This document shows, in pieces, positions 1 through 13,101 of a stretch of DNA of 64,000 nt; the first letter of the stretch is position 1; every line of letters begins with the position of its first letter. The position numbers and the translations under genes are program-made. The notes beneath the pieces were generated by a model that searched no databases, had not been told where the DNA came from, and saw only the letters and a program-made list of their open reading frames with translations. Origin of the DNA: Lama guanicoe (Eukaryota); contig MU053574.1 in the NCBI GenBank assembly GCA_013239625.1, positions 186,001 to 250,000 on the forward strand, in the 5' to 3' direction.

Positions 1-724
1 GCTAGCCTGAGACTGGGTCAGTAGTAGTTTTATTGGAACAAAACCACACTTAGGGACAAAATGCTTTGAAGCCTGAGAGTTGTTTGTGGTTTACCTGACG
101 TAGAAATGAGTGTGGGGACTAACTAGATGCTAAACGTGCTATTGAAAGTTATTTTGAAGGTGGCGGCCCAGAGATGTTTACTAGCTTTCTTTCTGATGAT
201 ATGTGCGTGCTGCTCAGCGAGTGAGTGCTGTGCCGGGTGCCGTGCCGGGACGCGCAGTGTCTCACTTAATCTCCGCAGACCGTGAGCCCCGACGGGCTGG
301 TGTTACCTTCACTCGTAAGTTTAGTTTAATCCAGCTCACAATAAGGTGACATTTATTTCTGTTTTCAGCTTTGAATTCTTGCGATAAAATCTTACTAGTT
401 GTGGTAAGTTCTGACCCCTTTCACTTCCTCTGTGATTTACCTGTAAGATCGTGTTTATGTAAGTATAAATTTGTACTACATTTTTACATCATACTTTTTA
501 CATCATGATTTGCTATCAGAAATGCATTTTACATTTTAATTGATTTTTCTGGCTAATGAATTTCTGATTCACCGAAAGCAGAATCAGTGAATATCATTAG
601 GTTGTAATCAAACAGAGCATAGATGATAATAAGTTAATACCCAGCAGTTTCTGGGCTCATTGCTACTTTAAATCTGGTATCCCTGTAGGAGGAGCTTAAC
701 TTCTTAGTGGAATTTTTCCCTAGT

Positions 725-880
725 GTAGTGTTTCTCAAATGGGGCTTTTTAATCACCTATGTAAGAATTACCTGGGGTACTTATTATAATACAGATTCCT
801 GAGCCCAAAATTCAGTTCTGGAATGGCACCAGGAACTGAACATCCCAGATGCACATTACAGCTTGAGCCTTGCTACTGCA
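725..880. mobile_element. MER5-like hAT MITE
   Basis: agtgtttctcaaa start; gaattacctgggg...aatacagattcctgagccc core. Confidence 0.5.
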
Positions 881-999
881 GCTTACCCAGAAACAAGCAG
901 GTGGAAATAAGAATGTGTTTCACCATGGCTGCCAGTGACATGTACCGGTCATTGGCCGGGGGCGGTGGAGCCAGCTCAGTTTTGCTTTGCCATGTGACC

Positions 1000-1310
1000 T
1001 TGACAGGGCCGTTTGTCCCTCTGGAGTCTCCGTATTCTCATTTGTAAAGTAAGGATAGTCTCTGCTTCCCTCACAGTTGCTGTGAGGACCAAAGCCATGA
1101 GTTTGACGTCACACTTCAGGACCTGGGCTTTGAGTTCAGCAGGTTGGGGCTCAACCCTGGTTTTGCCTCTTGCTAGCTTTGTGACCCTAAGCGAGTGGCT
1201 TAGTCTCTGTTTCTCTTCCTGTAAAATGAGGACCAAAGAACCACTCCTACTGTGGCAGCATGAGGAGTATGTTCGATGGTGTTTGTGAGAGCCGTGCAGT
1301 GCCTGTCTAA
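1000..1310 (+). mobile_element. MIR SINE fragments (two cores)
   Basis: ttctcatttgtaaagtaaggata and tttctcttcctgtaaaatgagg MIR-core motifs. Confidence 0.55.
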
Positions 1311-2126
1311 CAAGGGGTGACTGTTTTCACTTGTTTTGGAAAATACAGCTTTAGAGACTGTAGTAGGGAGGAGTGAATAATTGTAAATGTGTGTAGTGAC
1401 ACTTGGAGAATGAGCTGCTTTTTTCGTGTATAAAGATAAGGCAGCTGCTCCACTTCTGTAAAGAGCTGAGTTTTTGAAGGGTGCAGGGTTACCTTGATGC
1501 CCCGTGCAGGCCTGTTTCCCTGTGACCAGCGGCCCTTGAGTGTGTGGTTGATGTCTGGGGTGCGGAGCATGCGCTGAAGATAGAGAAACAAGCCCTGGCT
1601 CAGAGGAGGCCTTGAACGCGTGTGCCTGTGACCTAGCCAGCCGTACTGCCGCTGGGGGGCTGCCAGGAGGAGAACAGCGCGTGTTCTTTTCCTGCAGGTA
1701 GCTCATCGACTCTTTTGAGCAGTGATTTGAGACGCAAGCATCGTCTCGGCAAAAACCCAAGGTAGAATCAGAAGGAGGAATAAAGCTTCGATTTAACGCT
1801 GTTGCTGAGTTGCTGTGCTGATTCTGATGGGCATCACGTTTTTTAGGTTTTCTGTTGCATTCCCTGGAACCCCTCTTCATAAATTTGTCAAGGATAGAAC
1901 TATTTACACACCTCAGCTGCTTTTATCAGCAGGGTTCTGGACAGACTTTTCACGGCTTTGAATACATGCTTGGTTTGTCTGGCAGGTAGCTTTTTTGGGG
2001 GTAAATGGGGCCATTTCCTAACACCATTCCTCTTCCTTTTTTTCAGTCTGGTAGTGGCACCAATGAAGAGCCTTCAGAGTCTGTAATGCACGTCCTGGAC
2101 CCGGCATAGCACATTCGTGTAAGATA

Positions 2127-2232
2127 ATGGCCCAGCAAGCAAATATAGGGGAGCTCCTCTCCATGCTGGATTCCCCCATGCTGAGTGTGCGTGATGACGT
2201 AACAGCTGTCTTTAAAGAGAACCTCAGCTCTG
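2127..2232 (+). CDS. TSC1: TSC1 exon 3, first coding exon (exon starts 2047 with 80 nt of 5'UTR)
   Basis: ATG 2127, [35 protein letters not shown]; acceptor tttcag|2047; donor g|gtgagc. Confidence 0.97.
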
Positions 2233-2639
2233 GTGAGCAAAGTCATATCCCGGTTAGCTTATCTGCTGATCAGACAGGATTGACCGAGAGGTGACTTAAA
2301 TTTGGTTTTCATCTTCTAAAAAGAGTCTTTAAAACCACCAAGGAAAAACATAAATTGAAGGATTCACTCTATGTGTGTTTTAAGCTTTTAATTATGGAAA
2401 TATTCAAATATACACACAATCATAGAAGTAAGAATCAGAGAAACGAACCCTGTGTGCCAGCTTCAAAGCTTCTGCCGTCCCTGTTCCATCTTACCTCCCT
2501 GACTTCCCCCACCCAAGTATTTTAAAGCAAATTCCAGATATATCATTTCACCTGTAAATCATATACATGATTTTTAATATGAAAAATACATAACCTCTTT
2601 TTAATCAGAAGTATAAACAGGACCCTTTTTTTTTCTGCT

Positions 2640-3175
2640 TAACAGGTTGGCAGAAATCAAATATTGGTCACAGAAATGGGCACTGTCAGCAGAGAATGCT
2701 CTGGCGTTCAGCGCTTTTGGAGTATCTGTCATCAACTTAAAAACAGATACCATTTGGCCCACTTAAAAGAATCTGTATTTCATTATAGCCTTGAATGCAA
2801 TACAGCAAAAAATTGGAAAGTCCCAAGTACCCTTTAGTAGGTGAATGGCTAAGTTATGTGGAGCCATGCAGTGAGCTGGGAGCTCAGTAGAGAATGAAGG
2901 AGGTCACTGTCTCGGAAAGGTGTCTAAAATGCCTTGTTAAGTGGGAAAAGCACACGCATACCCAGACTGTGGTGTGTGGACGTGGAGGCTGTGTGTGTGT
3001 GTGATGATACAGGTGTGAGAAGCTTTGAAAGGACCTGTCGCAAGCCAGGGGTGTTTGTCTCTGAAGAGCGGGTTGGGAGGCAGGTGGTGAGGAAGACTTC
3101 TACTTTTATTTTATATACTTCATATAATCTGAGTTGTTAACAGTAACATGAATTATTTTTGCAGTGAATGAAAAA
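2640..3175 (+). mobile_element. Ancient L1M 3' fragment
   Basis: aattggaaagtcccaagtaccctttagtaggtgaatggctaag resembles a degraded ORF2 end and 3'UTR. Confidence 0.5.
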
Positions 3176-3345
3176 AGAAGATGGTACTTCATGTGCTTTT
3201 GTGGCTGTTTAGGCACGTAGCTATTAATTATTAAACCTGAGTTAATTTAAGGGGGCATAAATACAATGTTTCATGTAACTTTGGCTAGCATATAAAGAAG
3301 CATGTCCTGGATTTTGTGACAGGCAGCTGTTTAAGGTAAGTTTAG

Positions 3346-3510
<165 letters not shown>

Positions 3511-4586
3511 TAACGGGAGAGAGTCAATACATTTCTTCAAGTCGTGTGGCGGCGTCTGTGCAGACCCACTACGTGGTTTGTCCAGAGCTTACTCGTTCGA
3601 CTTCTGGGTGCCTTAGATGGTTTTGCTCCCGGATTATAACTGCGTATAATCGTCAGGACCATTGTTTCCTGTAGAATTTTCAAAGTAAAACATATTTCAG
3701 AGGCTTTTACAGATCTTGCTGTTTAAAGAAATCCTGTAATCTCAAACTATAATTGTGTGGTGACAGTGTGATTTGTAAGGTACCCCTCTTTAAACCCATG
3801 CTCTGAATAGGCTTTTTGGGTTTTTAATCAATATGGCAGAACCTGTCAGTGTGGATAACGATGGCGCTGACTGACTGGTGCTGCTCGCCAGCACCAGGCA
3901 CTTGGAAGGTTCCTTTATGTTTTATTTTTGCTTTGATACTTGTTGGTGGTAAATAGCTAACAAAGCGTTGTAGTTGCAGATTTTGGTAAGTCTTGGGTTT
4001 GTATGCGCTTACTTTACTGGGCTGTAAAGGCTTTGCCATTGTCTGCCTTTTACAGTACATCTTAGTTTTTCCACTCTGGGCTGAATTTTAACTTCTGCAC
4101 CTACCTAATTTATACCAGGGGCCAAGCCACGCAGGCTGGGCTGCTGTAGCGTTAAGTGCCCGCTCCAGCAGGGCCCCCTCCAGCTCCAGCAGCCCGCCAC
4201 GGGCTCCCGGGAGCGGTGGCTATTCTAGGCAGTGGCTTATTTGTGTTTCACAAAGAGGGCCTATGAAGGGGGCTCCTCCTTACTTACAGACCTGAATTGT
4301 GGGCATCCTTTTTCAGGAGTTGCAAGCTGGTTGCCCTCTCTTAGGCCAAATGCAGCAGTGTTTTGTTTGCTAGCATGGTTTTAGAAGATCCTGAAATCTC
4401 GTGTTTGATCTCTTTACCTGCATGACCCTTGCTTTACATCAAAGGGAAGACTTGAGAGACTGGAGCCTGTCACTGCTGCCCTCACTTGTGTTAACTTTGT
4501 ACACGCAGATGAGTGTTTCGCTTGGTTCCCTTGGTTCCCCCCCAGCTTTACTGAGATATATTTCTCTTGTTCTTGTACATTTTCAG

Positions 4587-4739
4587 CACCTCTTGGACAA
4601 AATGAATGAATACATGGGCAAAGCCGCCTCTCGGTTATCCACCCTCTCATTGCTTGGGCACGTTGTGAGACTGCAGCCGTCTTGGAAGCATAAGCTCTCT
4701 CAAGCACCTCTTTTGCCTTCTTTACTAAAATGTCTCAAG
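4587..4739 (+). CDS. TSC1: TSC1 exon 5
   Basis: tttcag|[12 protein letters not shown]...SLLKCLK|gtacga, 153 nt. Confidence 0.97.
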
Positions 4740-6679
4740 GTACGATGATTCTATGGGTTTGAATGAATTGGCTTTTGAGTATAATTTCTGAAATTTTGAG
4801 TAACTATAAAGCAAGCTAGATTTTAACTTTGAGAGTTTAAAAACTTCTAGGTGTTTGGTTTTTCCCGAATGTAATGTAGTCCAGAGTTGATGCCTGGTAA
4901 GTTGCCAGTGCATCGCTGTGACTGTTTAATGTCTTCGGTCCAAGCAGACATGATAACAGTTTCAGTCACATTGGTTCAACACGGCGCTGTTCCAGTCCTC
5001 TTTGATTTCATCATCGTCTAGCCTTTCCTCAGTGGAAAACATGCTGGTTTATCTTTGGGCAGCCCCCATTTCTGAATTCTCTTTTGGCTGATAGAAAAAT
5101 GGCTAAGGGCTCTTTTAAGTCTTTGGGAGCACGTTCTGGTTGCAGCTGTAACGAAGGTTTTATTGATACAAGCCCTGCTGGGTGAGTCACACTCCACTTT
5201 TTTGCACTGACCTTAGTGTGTTTTTCTGCACAAGGAGTTAAAGCCTAAACAGAACTTTATGGTTTTAGTTTTGACTGTGGCTTGCTGAAATCCTCAGGGT
5301 TATTTGCTTAATCTGTTTTAGTTCCTGAACTTGTTTCCTATCTATAAAATAAGACAGTGTGGTTAATACGAACTGCCTGTACCTCACAGAGACGTGAAAA
5401 TATCCAGTAGTGTTTGTTCCAGGGTGGCAGGACCTTTGGAGCCGTCTGATACAGCAACATGCAAATCGATTTTTGTCTCTGCCAACAAGGGTAGCTGTTT
5501 TGTTATCCCTAGAGGTGGGTCCCAAGGAGTCACATTGGTAGAGTATCATAAAAATGTGCATTTAATGTTAAGATTAAAACAGGAACGGTTTTAACAACTG
5601 AATTTTTTTAAGCAAATGGGTTGGTAATATAATCCAATTTTGAGGCACTCTGTTTAGTTCAGATTGCAGAATACTTATCTTTCCCAAAAGGACAAGCCTT
5701 GAAAATTACTCATGGGCTGGTTACCCAAGCTTTCAGTTTGAATGTTACCATAACCAAAATTAGAGTTAGTCCTTTTTACTGGAACTCATCATATATTCTA
5801 GATTCTCCAACCAATATTTTATATCCTTCCTACTAGGTACCTGCTGTAACAAATGGCCTGGTGCCTGATGTAAAAACTATGTATATTTAAAACTTTATTT
5901 CTGGACTCATTGTCTCCTTTATCAGTAGAAATAATAATGTCTTAGCCTGCATGGTAGTCTTTTGATTAATGTCTTGTGTCTTAGATTTGAATTCCAGTCA
6001 CTTGGCAAACATTCATGATTTAATTATGGGTCAGGTGAGCCACTGTAGCCAGCCTGAGTTGATTCATTATCCATTGGTTATTAAGTGCCTTGAATTAATC
6101 TAAATTTATATGACTTAATATAAAGAGATCACTGTATCTTCTTTTATTTGCTGGTCTCTAAATATTGTTGTGAAGGTGAGCCATTAAGTATACTGGTTAG
6201 TGCTATACTGATTTCTTCTTCAGTTACAACTCTGTTGTGATTCTTTAAAAAATAGTCAATTATGTGTCAACAATGTATAAGGTTTTTTAATTGACTTAAA
6301 AATCAAGTATTTTAGGACTTGATTGAATGAGCAAAAGCGGCAGCGTTCCTTTGTTCTGTTGAAAAGCAGCTTCTTGTGCTTCCCTCCGAGTGCTACACGA
6401 GGACATCCTCCGTCTCTGGGACTTGGGAGTCCCTGGGCCACGTTGAGCCCCTGCCCCACATGAGTTTGGTGTGTCGGCAGTGGTCCCCGCAGACTCGGCA
6501 CAGTCGGGCCGGTCCTCGGTGGTGTTTGGTTGAGCCTATTTCAATGTTGTGCCCCCAGAACCCTTAGGGGTAGGGGAATGAGTCTGTGGGTGGGCCTCTG
6601 ACTTGTGGCCCCTTGGCATTAGGACCTCTTCGTGCGCTAATCCTAATGCTGTGCCTGACAGGTGTTCCTTCCCGTTTGA

Positions 6680-6934
<255 letters not shown>

Positions 6935-8099
6935 TAGCTGAAGTGGGTGCCTGTCACCAGCCGGATGAGGACATTCCTTGGGTACGTCCACCAGGGGCAC
7001 AAATAAGAAGTGTGACTGTTGAGACACCTTCCTTTGTTTTGTTGGCTTGAGAGCGTCAGTCATCAGAGATACTGAGTGGTAGGTAAAACTTCCTGATTTT
7101 TGGCACACTGAAAACCAGCTTCAGTCTGTGTCGTACACTGTAGGACCAAGCTTGTGGAACATTTTTGTCTTATGCTGCTGGTCTGTCGTGGCAGAACACA
7201 GGCTTCTGGCTCAGCGGAGACCTTGTCCGCTGTACGTGGGGAGGGGCGAGGGGAGCGCAGCGGGTCCTAAGTAGTGCTCCACTTCCCAGCGCAGGGGGCT
7301 TGTTCCCGCACCCGCAGGTGGCTCAGCTCTGTCCCAGTCATTCACAGGCTGTAAACATGTAAAACTCAGGATCTTTGGGTAATCCCGCATGAGATGCTCG
7401 TGTGGAAGGAATGAAATGTGTACGCACTGGGAAGCAGAATATTGTGGCTTCCTGTATAGGATTAAAAAGCAGGCATGAGGCCCATGTGATGCTGGCTTGT
7501 CTGTAGGCTCTTCCTGGGGAAAAGAGGACGGCCTGTCCTTTAGTAGAGGAGCTTTGTGGACTTGGGGTTTCTGTAGGGTCTAGGTAAGGCTACATGAATT
7601 AAGTTTTCCATTTCTCTCACTCTTAGCTCTTTAAGCTAATTTCTAGATAATAGTTTTCCACTCTGTAGTTCCAAATCTGCATAGCTAAGACTACATACTG
7701 ATTTTAAAAGGTTCTCACACATTTGTTCCACAAATATATGAATGCCCATTACGCATGAAGCCCAGGGCGAGGCACTAAGGATACAGAGGTGAGTGTGACA
7801 GTGCTGTTCTCAAGAAGCACACACTGAACAGGGCAGTGGAGGAGTACAGTGACAGACGTGAGGGAGCATCGTTGTAAAGGTAGTTCAGCATTATGAGAAC
7901 GTCTGGAGTCCTTTTTAAGGGATGACTAGAGAGGAGGGCAGAGGTTAAATCAGTGTGAGCCTTATGGGTCAGTCTAAGTAGATGAAACTTTATCCAGAGG
8001 CCGTGGGGAGCCATTGATGGATTTCAGACAGGGGTGTCCTGTATGTTCGATTTGTGTGTTGGAAACCCACCCTGACCTACCGTCTTTGGCGCGAGGTGA

Positions 8100-8375
<276 letters not shown>

Positions 8376-8469
8376 TAGCACGCTGCATGACAGGCTGCAT
8401 TTGTCCCTTCCGTGCTGAGTGGTGGACAGGGAGGTTTTGAAAAGACGTTTAGCCTTCTCCTTGTCACGC

Positions 8470-8690
8470 GTGCTGCCCCCGGCCCTGGTAACTGCTGCTC
8501 TGTTGTTTGCCTTCATAGACTTGCCTGTCCTGAACATTTCATAAATGTAAATAGAATCATACAGTGTGTGGTCTTCTGTTAATGGCTTCTTTGGCTTAAC
8601 GGAATGTTTCAGGATTCATCCATGTGGTGGCATGTATCAGTACCTCATTCCTTTTTATTGTCAAATAATATTTCATGGTGTGGCGATATC
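8470..8690 (-). mobile_element. Ancient L1M 3'UTR fragment
   Basis: tagaatcatacagtgtgtggtcttctg...gattcatccatgtggtggcatgtatcagtacctcattcctttttattg. Confidence 0.65.
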
Positions 8691-8735
8691 ACAGAAATTG
8701 AGCTTTTTGTCACTGGTCAACTCAAACTCTTCTAG

Positions 8736-8809
8736 CCAATGATGGAGCATGTGCGAATTCACCCGGAATTAGTGACTGGATCCAAGGACCATGAACTGGA
8801 CCCTCGAAG
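8736..8809 (+). CDS. TSC1: TSC1 exon 8
   Basis: tctag|PMMEHVRIHPELVTGSKDHELDPR|gtatgg, 74 nt. Confidence 0.96.
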
Positions 8810-10019
8810 GTATGGAAACTAAGCTAGTAAAGCAGAATTTTGTAGAATCAGTAGAGAGATTGAAAATGTGATCTTGGAGAAGCCTCTTTTGTGCTGTTCT
8901 TCTGCTTGTGGAATCATTCCATTTTGAAGGACTTGTGTGGTGAAAACTCTGCCTGAGTCTAAAACATGCTCCTCAGAGACAGAGAATTGGTAACTTGGCA
9001 GAGTGGAGGAAGTTGCGGTGCAGGTGCCAGCCCTGCAGAACCCCAGAAATGCTCGCAGCTCGGGGGTGCGACTATCGTGCGAGGCGGCGGTGACAGGTGT
9101 GGTTGGAAACAGGCACGCTGCCGACAGCCTGGGTGTCCAGTGGTCTGGCTCCCTGGGCCCTTCCTCCATCCTGCTTGGCCAGGCGACTGCCGTCCTCCAC
9201 AGGGCCCCCTGGAAGTGCCCCGATCATTCTCTGGAGAAGCAGAACTTGTGAGGTTCCTGATTTGAGGACGCCCAGCATGGCGGAGGGTAGAGCCGAGTCG
9301 TGACTGGAAAGGAGGGGAGATGAAGTCCTGCACACTAAGCTGGGGGAGGCTCAGCCCCCTGCCCTGCTTCTCTCTGGCTGGCTGCCAGCCTCGTGCTCCC
9401 GGGCAGGGGATTAAAGCCTTTTGGGGGAGAGCAGCCCGTGGATATTGACATTTGAGGCTCTCCCACCAGGAAGGGTGGCTCACCCCCTCCAGCAAATCCA
9501 CCTCTCCACAACCCGCCCCGTGCCACACAGAACCTCAGCTTAAAGCAGCGCGCTGTGAGATGTAGGTGGAGATGCGTAGAAAATGCGTATGTGAAGTTTA
9601 GTAGTAACAGGAACACCTGTGCAGCCACCACGTGGCTTAAAAACTGGAACCTTGCCCTCCTCAGTCGCAGCCATCTTCCTCCCCGTTTCCCGTCTCCCCG
9701 CAGCAACAACTGCTATTCCCGCTTTTACTGTAATCATTCTCTTCCTTTTCTTTACCGTTTTACCACATGTATTGTTGCATTTTGAAAAGCTGATTGGGAG
9801 ACAAAGTCTGGCTAAGGAACAGGCAATCTCGTCACTATGCGGTGCAGGTTCCCAGGAGAGGAAGAACTGAGTGTCGGGTCTCGGTGTGGCGTCCCCTGCC
9901 CCAAGAGCTTACAGGAGCCCCTTCTGGGGAAGTCAGTGGGCAGGGTCCTGAGCAAGTCCTGGAAGCATAAGGCTCGCCCTAGTCGGGGCATCTGGGCACG
10001 GCCTGTCGCGAGGGCCAGG

Positions 10020-11390
10020 TACTGGGTGCAGAGGAAGGATGCAGTTTTTTGTGTGGGTACGGACTTCCAGGTTGGGAGTCATTCTCATTTAGGAATTCGG
10101 AGGCCTTGTTCCATTGCCACCTTGCTTCCAGGGCTGCTGTTGAAATCCAGAGACATTCTGATTTCTGATCATCTGTGTTTGCCGTCTCCTCTTCGTTCTC
10201 ACGATGTTCTGATGCCTACTGATGTCCCTCGGTATGAATCTCTTCCCGTGTTCAGTCTGAAAGTGCTTATCTTTAAGTTCTAGGAAACTTTCTTCTGTTA
10301 TTTTGTACTTGATTTGTTGTCCTTCACTGTCTCTGTCTTTTCTTTCTGGAACTCCTTGTATTCTGGTTGGGACTTCTGGAGTGGTTCTCTGCTTCTCTTT
10401 GATCTCCTGTTTTTTTCTCTCTGCTCTTTTCTTCTATTTCCTGAAGACTTCCTTGTCTTTAGCTCTAATTCTTCTACTGTAGTTTTATTTCTACCATCAT
10501 GCTTTCAACATCTAAGAGCCCGTTTTAGTTCTCTGAATGCTCCTTTTTTATAGTAGCCTGCTTTTGTTTCATGGGTGCAGTCTCTCATGTCTTTGAGAAT
10601 ATTGATCTTTTTTTTTTTTACTTTTCCCTCCATCATCTGTTTCCTCTAAACTGCTCTTTTGTTGTTCTTTTCAAAATTGTGAGGCTTTCTGCAAAGATCT
10701 GGTACTCTGCTTGTATTTGGGTGAGGAGACTTAGAAGCTCTGCTTACAGGGACGGGACTTGTTGCCTTTGAGCTTCCTTGTGTGTTGATCTGAGCATCTG
10801 TTGGAGACACTGATGACAGTACTGTTTTCCTTTGAGCTGGTCAGACTTTTCCAGAAAAGGGTCTTCTGATCGCTAGTCTGACAAGGGTCTGGCTCCTCCT
10901 GGAGAGAAGAGGCTTCTGGTAGGGAGAGGTTAGTGGTCTTGGCGTTTAGAGTGCACATGCTTATTTAATCCTCTTCTTTGAGCAGTACTCATGCCCTCAG
11001 CTGTTTCTGGAGTGCCTCAGCCCAGTTGTCCTCTGTGCAACCTCCTCAGAGGACAGTCCAGATTTCTGGTGAGGAAAGGGCTGCTGCCGGGGAGTGTGGA
11101 GTCAGGGAAGGATCTCAGATAGTGTTGGCCCTGCCCCCCTGACTTCAGCTGCCCTCACCTACCTGTCACTCATGTCCAGTTCCAGAAGTACTTGATGCAA
11201 AATTCTGTAGCTTTTTAAGAATTCCACAGCGTGAGTCAGGCTGACTTTTAGCTTTGATACATTGGCAGCTTAGGATTCTGCTTTCTTGGATTCACTAAGT
11301 CAGTCCGCACTTGCCTGTCTGCTTTCCAGTTTCAAAAATTTGTGGTGCTATTCTGTTTTCTCATTCTTTTCTTTTTTGTGCATTAATGTT
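10020..11390 (-). mobile_element. Ancient HAL1/L1M-type element fragment (ORF1 region), boundaries approximate
   Basis: T-rich on +; reverse complement reads ...ccagaagtcccaac...aacagaagaaagtttcctagaacttaaag...gatcagaaatcagaatg...gaagcaaggtggcaatgg, resembling HAL1 ORF1. Confidence 0.6.
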
Positions 11391-11539
11391 TAGAAGGGAG
11401 CAAACATGTCTTTACTCTGGACTTGGTGGGGTTTGGGGAGATTGTGCAGCTTGATGCTGTGTTAACTCAGAAGCCTAAGGGTCATCTTACAGAGCCTCAC
11501 TCACAGTGGGTGGACAGTTGTCTGGCCTTTGAAGGAAGC

Positions 11540-12935
11540 TCTAACACAAAAGACAAGAGACCAGTGTAAAGAGGAGAAAAAGGAGCTAGAAAGAAACAAT
11601 GACAATACAGAGAGCAGAAGAAAATGTCTACAGTAGCCACAGAGATGAGGCATTTGTGTGCATATAAAGGTCACAGTGCCACGGAGGGGTACAGTCAGAC
11701 TAAAGAAAGCACTGCTGGAAATTAAAAATGATAGCCAAAATAAACATTTCAGTAAAAGAGTTAGAAGATCTAGTTGAGAATATCTCAGAAAGCAGGATCA
11801 AAGAATAGAGATGAGTAATACGAGCGGAAAGAAGAAATTCAAAATAATCAGTCCAGAAAGTCCAACATCCAATAAAAATTTTTTTTTTAAAGGGAGGAGA
11901 AAACTTTGGTGGGGAAAAAACTGTGAAAGAAATAATAGAAGAAAATTTCCCATATGAGTACGAATAATACAAGAAAATACAACAACACAAGAATTGAAGG
12001 ACATGAGTTTCCAGATTGAAGGGGCTTACCTAGTGCCCAGCTCAGTCAATGCTGCCAAGCCTCAATATTGTGAAATTCCAAAACAGTAAGGATCAGAAAT
12101 CAGAATGAGGCTAGCTTCTGAGAAACCTTCAAACCTGAGAGGAAAAGGTTTTCAACTTAGAATTCTTTACCCAGCCAATCTGCCTATCAAGTATGATGCA
12201 GTTTTAGATATGCAAGGACTGAAATTTACCTCCCATGTACCCTGCCTCAGTGAACCGCTGGAGCATGGGTTCCACCAAAACGGAAATAAAATCGAGGAAG
12301 ACCCAGAGCCAGGAAATGGGGGGCCCGACTGAGGCTCTCGGTCAGGGGAAGTCTCAGCATGACAGTGTGTAGCAGTGCTGAGGACGGCCAGTGGGAGGGG
12401 CTCCAGCAGGGGGCGCCTTAGGAGAGGGTGAGTAATCCCCGTGGACCGTTCGCTTTTCGTTGTGTGAAATTGTGCTGGGCGTTGTTTCAGAGCTGTTAGA
12501 GTCAGTTTAGGAAGGATTAGTAATAGGTACAAAGAAGACTGAGGAGGAGAAACAGAAACATTTAAACTCCAGGACAAACATAATTGAACAGAACTGGAAA
12601 TATTAATCGTATACTTTGTGGCTCGGCCAGGAGTAGCCCTCACCTAGTCATTATAATTAATTGTCCAAAGTCAGTTTTGAAACAAACAAAAAACCAACGA
12701 CATGCTTATTTTGAGAGCGTTGGGGAGGAGGGAAAAGGGTACATGGAAGTGACCTAAATCCTCACCTACCATGGAGATGTAAACACTTGGTGCCTGAAAT
12801 TCATACATCAGGACATTGAAGGCCTAGAAATATGGAGGTAGGGCAACAGTTTAGGGAGCAAAATTGGAAGCAGCTGCCAGAGTGGTGGAGGGGAGTCGTG
12901 GGAGGCGCCTTTTAATACTATGCTGACTTTTTAAA
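11540..12935 (+). mobile_element. Ancient HAL1-type element fragment, boundaries approximate
   Basis: A-rich ORF1 relic (gaaaatttccc; LRILYPANL; tttacctcccatgtaccc...ccaccaaaac), resembling the HAL1 consensus as recalled. Confidence 0.65.
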
Positions 12936-12939
12936 CTGT

Positions 12940-13101
12940 CGTATTTCATTGAATCTAAGATGCAATTGAACACAGAATGAACTTGCATTTTATGTACATC
13001 AGAGAAAAAAAATGCCAAATAAACCAACACCCAACTGATTAGACTTCCCAGTTTCAGAGAGATTAAAATATGAAGAGTCTCATTCAGAATCAAGGAAATC
13101 T
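12940..13101. mobile_element. MER104/Kanga-like TcMar-Tc2 MITE
   Basis: Degenerate terminal inverted repeats cgtatttcattgaatctaaga ... tcagaatcaaggaaatc. Confidence 0.5.

Noticed and set aside
1200..1880. 226-aa minus-strand ORF
   Set aside because: Antisense within a TSC1 intron, overlaps MIR relics, and shows no recognisable domain or splice structure.
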